Source: Longimicrobiales bacterium (lineage in GTDB: Bacteria; Gemmatimonadota; Gemmatimonadetes; Longimicrobiales; Gaopeijiaceae). From it: DNA of 64,000 nt. Below the pieces are notes generated by a model, which did not search any database, was not told the origin of the DNA, and saw nothing but the letters and a program-made list of their open reading frames with translations. Where the stretch lies: NCBI GenBank assembly GCA_965197725.1, contig CBDANQ010000017.1:14220-78219 (forward strand), written 5' to 3'. Positions within the stretch are counted from its first letter, which is position 1; each line of letters starts with the position of its first letter. Position numbers and translations under genes: made by a program. Below are positions 60,172-64,000 of this stretch, piece by piece.

Positions 60172-60576
60172 TCATGCGTCCATCAGTGGCAAGACACGTG
60201 CCGTATCGGGTCTGGGGCGCTTCGAGAAACGAACCGGCACGGTCGCCCAGACCTCGATGCGTTCACCGTCTCGGCGCGCGGGGCTGAAGCGCAGATCGCG
60301 AGCCCCGGCGACCGCCGCCGAGTCGAAGGCTTCGTATCCGGACGACCCCACAACCTCGACCGAGTCCACCGCGCCCGTGTCCGAGACGCGTACCCGTAGC
60401 AGCGTCTGCCCTTCCATGTCCTGATCCCAAAGCTGGATCGGATAGTCGATGGGCACGTCCCCGTACAGCGGCGTGGGCTGCTCGATCTCGCCTTCGCCTC
60501 CGCATGCGAGGCCTACCACCAGCGCGGCAGCTACGGCGCCCGAACCGCGCGGCCAAGAGTCGTGATTTCGCTTCAA
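60172..60576 (-). CDS. Short TonB C-terminal domain protein, probable lipoprotein
   Basis: GLAC lipobox; YP......EG..L.V.V...G.V..V.V..SSG..AFD.AA.......F.PA..G. Confidence 0.75.
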   Translation of the reverse strand: MKRNHDSWPRGSGAVAAALVVGLACGGEGEIEQPTPLYGDVPIDYPIQLWDQDMEGQTLLRVRVSDTGAVDSVEVVGSSGYEAFDSAAVAGARDLRFSPARRDGERIEVWATVPVRFSKRPRPDTARVLPLMDA

Positions 60577-63189
60577 TCGTCACCGCCTGTCGCGGCCTTC
60601 CTCAGTTCGTAGAGGAGTGCGAGAGCTTCCTTCGGAGTCAGGTTGTCAGGATCCAGGGCACGCAGGCGACCTACGAGAGGGTGCTCCACCCGGAACATCG
60701 AGAGTTGATCGAGCGGAGCCTCTGAACCGGGCCGATGCACGCCGTGACGGCCGAGACCCTCCCCGCGACTCGTATGTGTTCCCTCCAACTCTTCGAGAAG
60801 TTCCCGAGCTCGCGCGACGACCCCGTCGGGGAGTCCCGCGAGCCGAGCGACCTGGATTCCATAGGAGCGATCGGCCCCTCCGTCCATGAGTCGCCGCAAG
60901 AACACGATGTCGTCTCCGACCTCCCGGACCGAGACGTTCATGTTCTTCACACCATCCAATAGATCGCCGAGTTGCGTGAGCTCGTGGTAGTGCGTCGCGA
61001 AGATGGCTTTGGCTCCGATCTTCTCGTGCAGATGCTCGGTGACCGACCACGCGATCGAGACCCCGTCGTAGGTCGAGGTTCCCCTGCCGATCTCGTCGAG
61101 CAACACGAGGCTACGGTCCGTGGCACCGTGCACGATCGCCGCGGTCTCGCTCATCTCCACCATGAAGGTCGATTGCCCGCGGGCGAGGTTGTCCGAAGCC
61201 CCAACACGCGTAAAGATCCGATCCGTGACCGGCAGCTTGGCCGCATCGGCGGGCACGAACGACCCAATCTGGGCGAGCAGTTGGATCAGCCCGATCTGGC
61301 GCAGCACGGTGCTCTTGCCCGCCATATTGGGTCCCGTGAGCACGATGATCCAGCCCTCTTCCGTCAGTGCCAGATCGTTGGGTATGAACTCCTCCCGTGG
61401 CATCATGGTCTCGACCACCGGATGCCGGCTTCCGCGCACCGCCAGGTCGAAGCCGGTGTGGACTATCGGACGGATGTATCCCTGCCGCGTCGCGACCTCG
61501 GCAAACGCGGTGAGCACGTCCGCCGTGGCGAGCCGGGCGCCGCTGTCCTGAAGTCGGGTGACCACGCCACCGACCCGTGAACGCACCTCGGCGAAGAGTT
61601 CGGTCTCGAGCTGGATGATGCGGTCCTCCGCTCCGAAGACCTTCTCCTCCCACTCTTTCAGCTCGGGCGTGAAGTACCGCTCGGCGTTGGTCAGCGTCTG
61701 TTTGCGCACGTAGTCCTCGGGGACCTTGGCCGTGTTCGTCTTGCTTACTTCCAGGTAGTACCCGAAGACCTTGTTGAAGCCGACTTTGAGCGAGGAGACG
61801 CCGGTGCGCTCCCGCTCACGGACCTGCAGACTGGCGATGAATTCCCGAGCCCCGTCACGGACGGAACGCAGGTCGTCTAGTCCGTCGGACCATCCCTGGC
61901 GGATCACACCACCGTCGTGCAACGCCGCCGGTGGGTCGTCCGAGATCGCCCGCCGGAGCAAGTCGCGAACTTCCTCCAAGCAATCGAGCTCTCCGCACAG
62001 ATCCACGACCATCTCGGCCTCGGCCTCGGCTCCGAGCGCTCGGATCGCGGGAAGTCGCTCGAGTGAGCGCCTCAGTCCGAGCAGGTCCCTTGGAGCCACG
62101 CGACCGGTGCCAATCTTGCCCGCCAAGCGTTCCAAATCCGTGACCTCAGAGAGCGCGTTTCGCAGGCGCTCGCACAGCTCAGGGTGTTCCACGAAGTCGC
62201 GCACGGCGTCTGCCGCTGCCAGATCTCGTCGGCGACCACGAGCGGCTCGAGGATCCAGCGCCGGAGAAGTCGCCCCCCATCGCGGTCACGGAGAGGTCGA
62301 GCACGTCGAGCAGGGTGCCGCCCTCCTCCCCACCGCGGAGCGGGCTCGATCAGCTCGAGATTCCGACGCGTCATGTCATCGAGCAGCATGACACGGCCCC
62401 AACGGCGAAGACGCGGTGGCTGGAGGTGGGTCACGCCAGCTGGCCTGATCTCCTTCAGGTACTGTACCAACGCGCCGATGGCTCGAATGAGCGGCTGTTC
62501 GTCGGGCTCGAAACCGAACCCGTCCAGCGACTGCAGCCGGTAGACGCGCAGCAGCTCATCCGTCGACACATCCGCCTCGAACATCCAGTCGTCACGGACG
62601 GTGCGCGGCACGACGGACGACGCAGCGGCGGCATCCAGCTCCTTTGCGTCCTCGAGCGAGCGCGGCAAGAGCAGTTCGGACGGCTCGATTCGACCCAACT
62701 CCGCGTGCAGCTCCTCCGCCGGCACCATCTGCGCCGTGAGTTCACCGGTGGACACATCGAGTGCCGCAAGCGCAAAGACGTCGGCCGACGGCCTCACGAG
62801 CGCCACGAGAAAGTTGTTTCTTCGCTCGGCAAGCAGATTGTCCGCAAGCACGGTACCGGGCGTCACCGTCTCCGTGACCTCGCGCTTCACGATGCCCGTC
62901 GCGAGCGCGGGGTCCTCGACCTGGTCGCAAATCGCTACTCGGCGACCGAGTCGCACCAGCTTCGACAGGTAGTCATCGAGCGCCCTGACCGGCACTCCAG
63001 CCAGCGGGACCTTGGCCGCCGCCCCATTGTTTCGGGACGTGAGAGTGAGTCCCAAGAGACGCGCGCCCTCCTCCGCATCGCCGTGGAAGAGCTCATAGAA
63101 ATCCCCCACGCGGATGAAGAGGAGGGAGTCAGGGTGGCGGGACTTTGCTGCCCGCCACTGCCGCATGAGAGGGTGTCGTATTCGGCCAT
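60573..63189 (-). CDS. mutS: DNA mismatch repair protein MutS; four frameshifts (~63170, ~62343, ~62276, ~62210), probably sequencing errors
   Basis: GDFYELF, AGVP, KVGFNKVFGYY, RHPVVE, TGPNMAGKST, STFMVEM, DEIGRGTST, FATHYHEL, SYGIQVA. Confidence 0.93.
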
Positions 63190-63194
63190 GTGTG

Positions 63195-63222
63195 AAGGTA
63201 GACCGGAGTCGCTCGCGCTCAA
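63195..63222 (-). promoter_or_regulatory. Sigma70-like promoter directly before the mutS ATG (leaderless-type)
   Basis: TTGAGC-N16-TACCTT-N5-ATG; no Shine-Dalgarno. Confidence 0.45.
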
Positions 63223-63257
63223 GGAGGCGCGAGACATCCCCTGGCTCAGACCCTAGC

Positions 63258-64000
63258 TCAATCCGCGCCCACGGGCGCTCGGTCGATCGCGAATAGCTCC
63301 ATCGATTCAGTTTTCCCGCGCAGGCCTGCCCCGCCGAGAGATCGGGCGCGGAGGTCGCTCGGAAGCGTCAGGCTGTCCATCAGAGTAGCCGATACGATGC
63401 ACGACTCGCCGTGCTCCTTGCAGAGACCCTGTATGCGCGAGGTCGCATTGAGGGCATCGCCGTGGAACGCGAGCTCGGTCTTGGCGAGCCCCACCCACGT
63501 CGCGACCACCGAGCCGCCGTGCAGTCCTGCGCGGAAGCGGGGTGTCACTCGGTAGATCTCCTCGTACCGAGCTCGGGTCGACGCCAGCAGGTCGGTCATC
63601 GCGAAGAAGCACTGGACGCACGCCGCGTCCGCCAAGCCCTTCTCCAGAGGCCAACTGATCACCACCTCGTCGCCAACGTACTGATACACGTGCCCGCGCC
63701 ACGCGAGGATCGCTTCCGCCACGTCTCTGTAGCAATCACCGATGAAGCGGCTGTACGTCATGTCGCCGAGGCGCTCCGCGATAGAGGTCGAGTCCGCGAG
63801 GTCCGCGAACAGGAAGATGCGTCTCTCCGCTACCGGGAACCGATACCGCCCGATCAAGAAGTTGAGGATGTCCCCCGGATTGTGCAGGTGCCGGACCTCC
63901 AGGAACGCCGTGGCGAGAACCGCGACCACCGTCGCCAGAAGGAGGTCGCGCGCCATCGTTTCGCCCACCACGTAGATACTCATGGCGGTGAATGGGCCCA
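63258..64000 (-). CDS. Class III adenylate/guanylate cyclase domain membrane protein (5' end outside the window)
   Basis: FLFADLADST, YVGDE, FRAGLHGG.V, GDALN..SRIQ, LRGK; frame open to the window edge. Confidence 0.85.
   Translation of the reverse strand, partial: GPFTAMSIYVVGETMARDLLLATVVAVLATAFLEVRHLHNPGDILNFLIGRYRFPVAERRIFLFADLADSTSIAERLGDMTYSRFIGDCYRDVAEAILAWRGHVYQYVGDEVVISWPLEKGLADAACVQCFFAMTDLLASTRARYEEIYRVTPRFRAGLHGGSVVATWVGLAKTELAFHGDALNATSRIQGLCKEHGESCIVSATLMDSLTLPSDLRARSLGGAGLRGKTESMELFAIDRAPVGAD

Overview
High-GC bacterial chromosome segment, most likely Gemmatimonadota (inferred from gene order and protein style, not from a marker gene). About 57 genes, mostly on the minus strand. 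Housekeeping blocks: namZ; cesT-like/pspA/dat/MBL hydrolase; uvrA; tamA-tamB-like; lgt-tsaD; yebC-ruvCAB-queA-tgt-yajC-def-fmt-thiE-thiS-thiG-rsmB-PASTA; tdh-kbl; frdABCD; EF-G2; S46 peptidase; rhomboid; mutS-tonB-cbs-ddl. Two accessory plus-strand operons are the best candidates for undescribed systems. (1) 43.7-47.9 kb: a helical lipoprotein, an ECF sigma factor, an anti-sigma factor with an extracytoplasmic CBM48/AMPK-like glycogen-binding domain, a secreted beta-rich (barrel-like) protein with a second such domain, and a secreted helical protein. (2) 33.6-37.1 kb: apbE, a porin, a flavinylation (TGAT) substrate and a 4-His membrane protein, behind a sigma70 promoter with a Fur-like box. 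Other signals: the E. coli-type frdABCD is flanked by gene relics (a thiC C-terminal tail and an alkZ-like N-terminus); two genes appear to start at CTG codons overlapping the upstream stop; several genes look leaderless, and uvrA and mutS share a promoter motif; a sigmaW-like promoter precedes the pspA operon; and a decaying zone lies at 38.7-40.8 kb. Frameshifts in mutS, ddl and one amidase look like sequencing or assembly indels. No rRNA, tRNA, CRISPR array or transposase was recognised. All functional calls come from motif recognition by eye; no database search was run.
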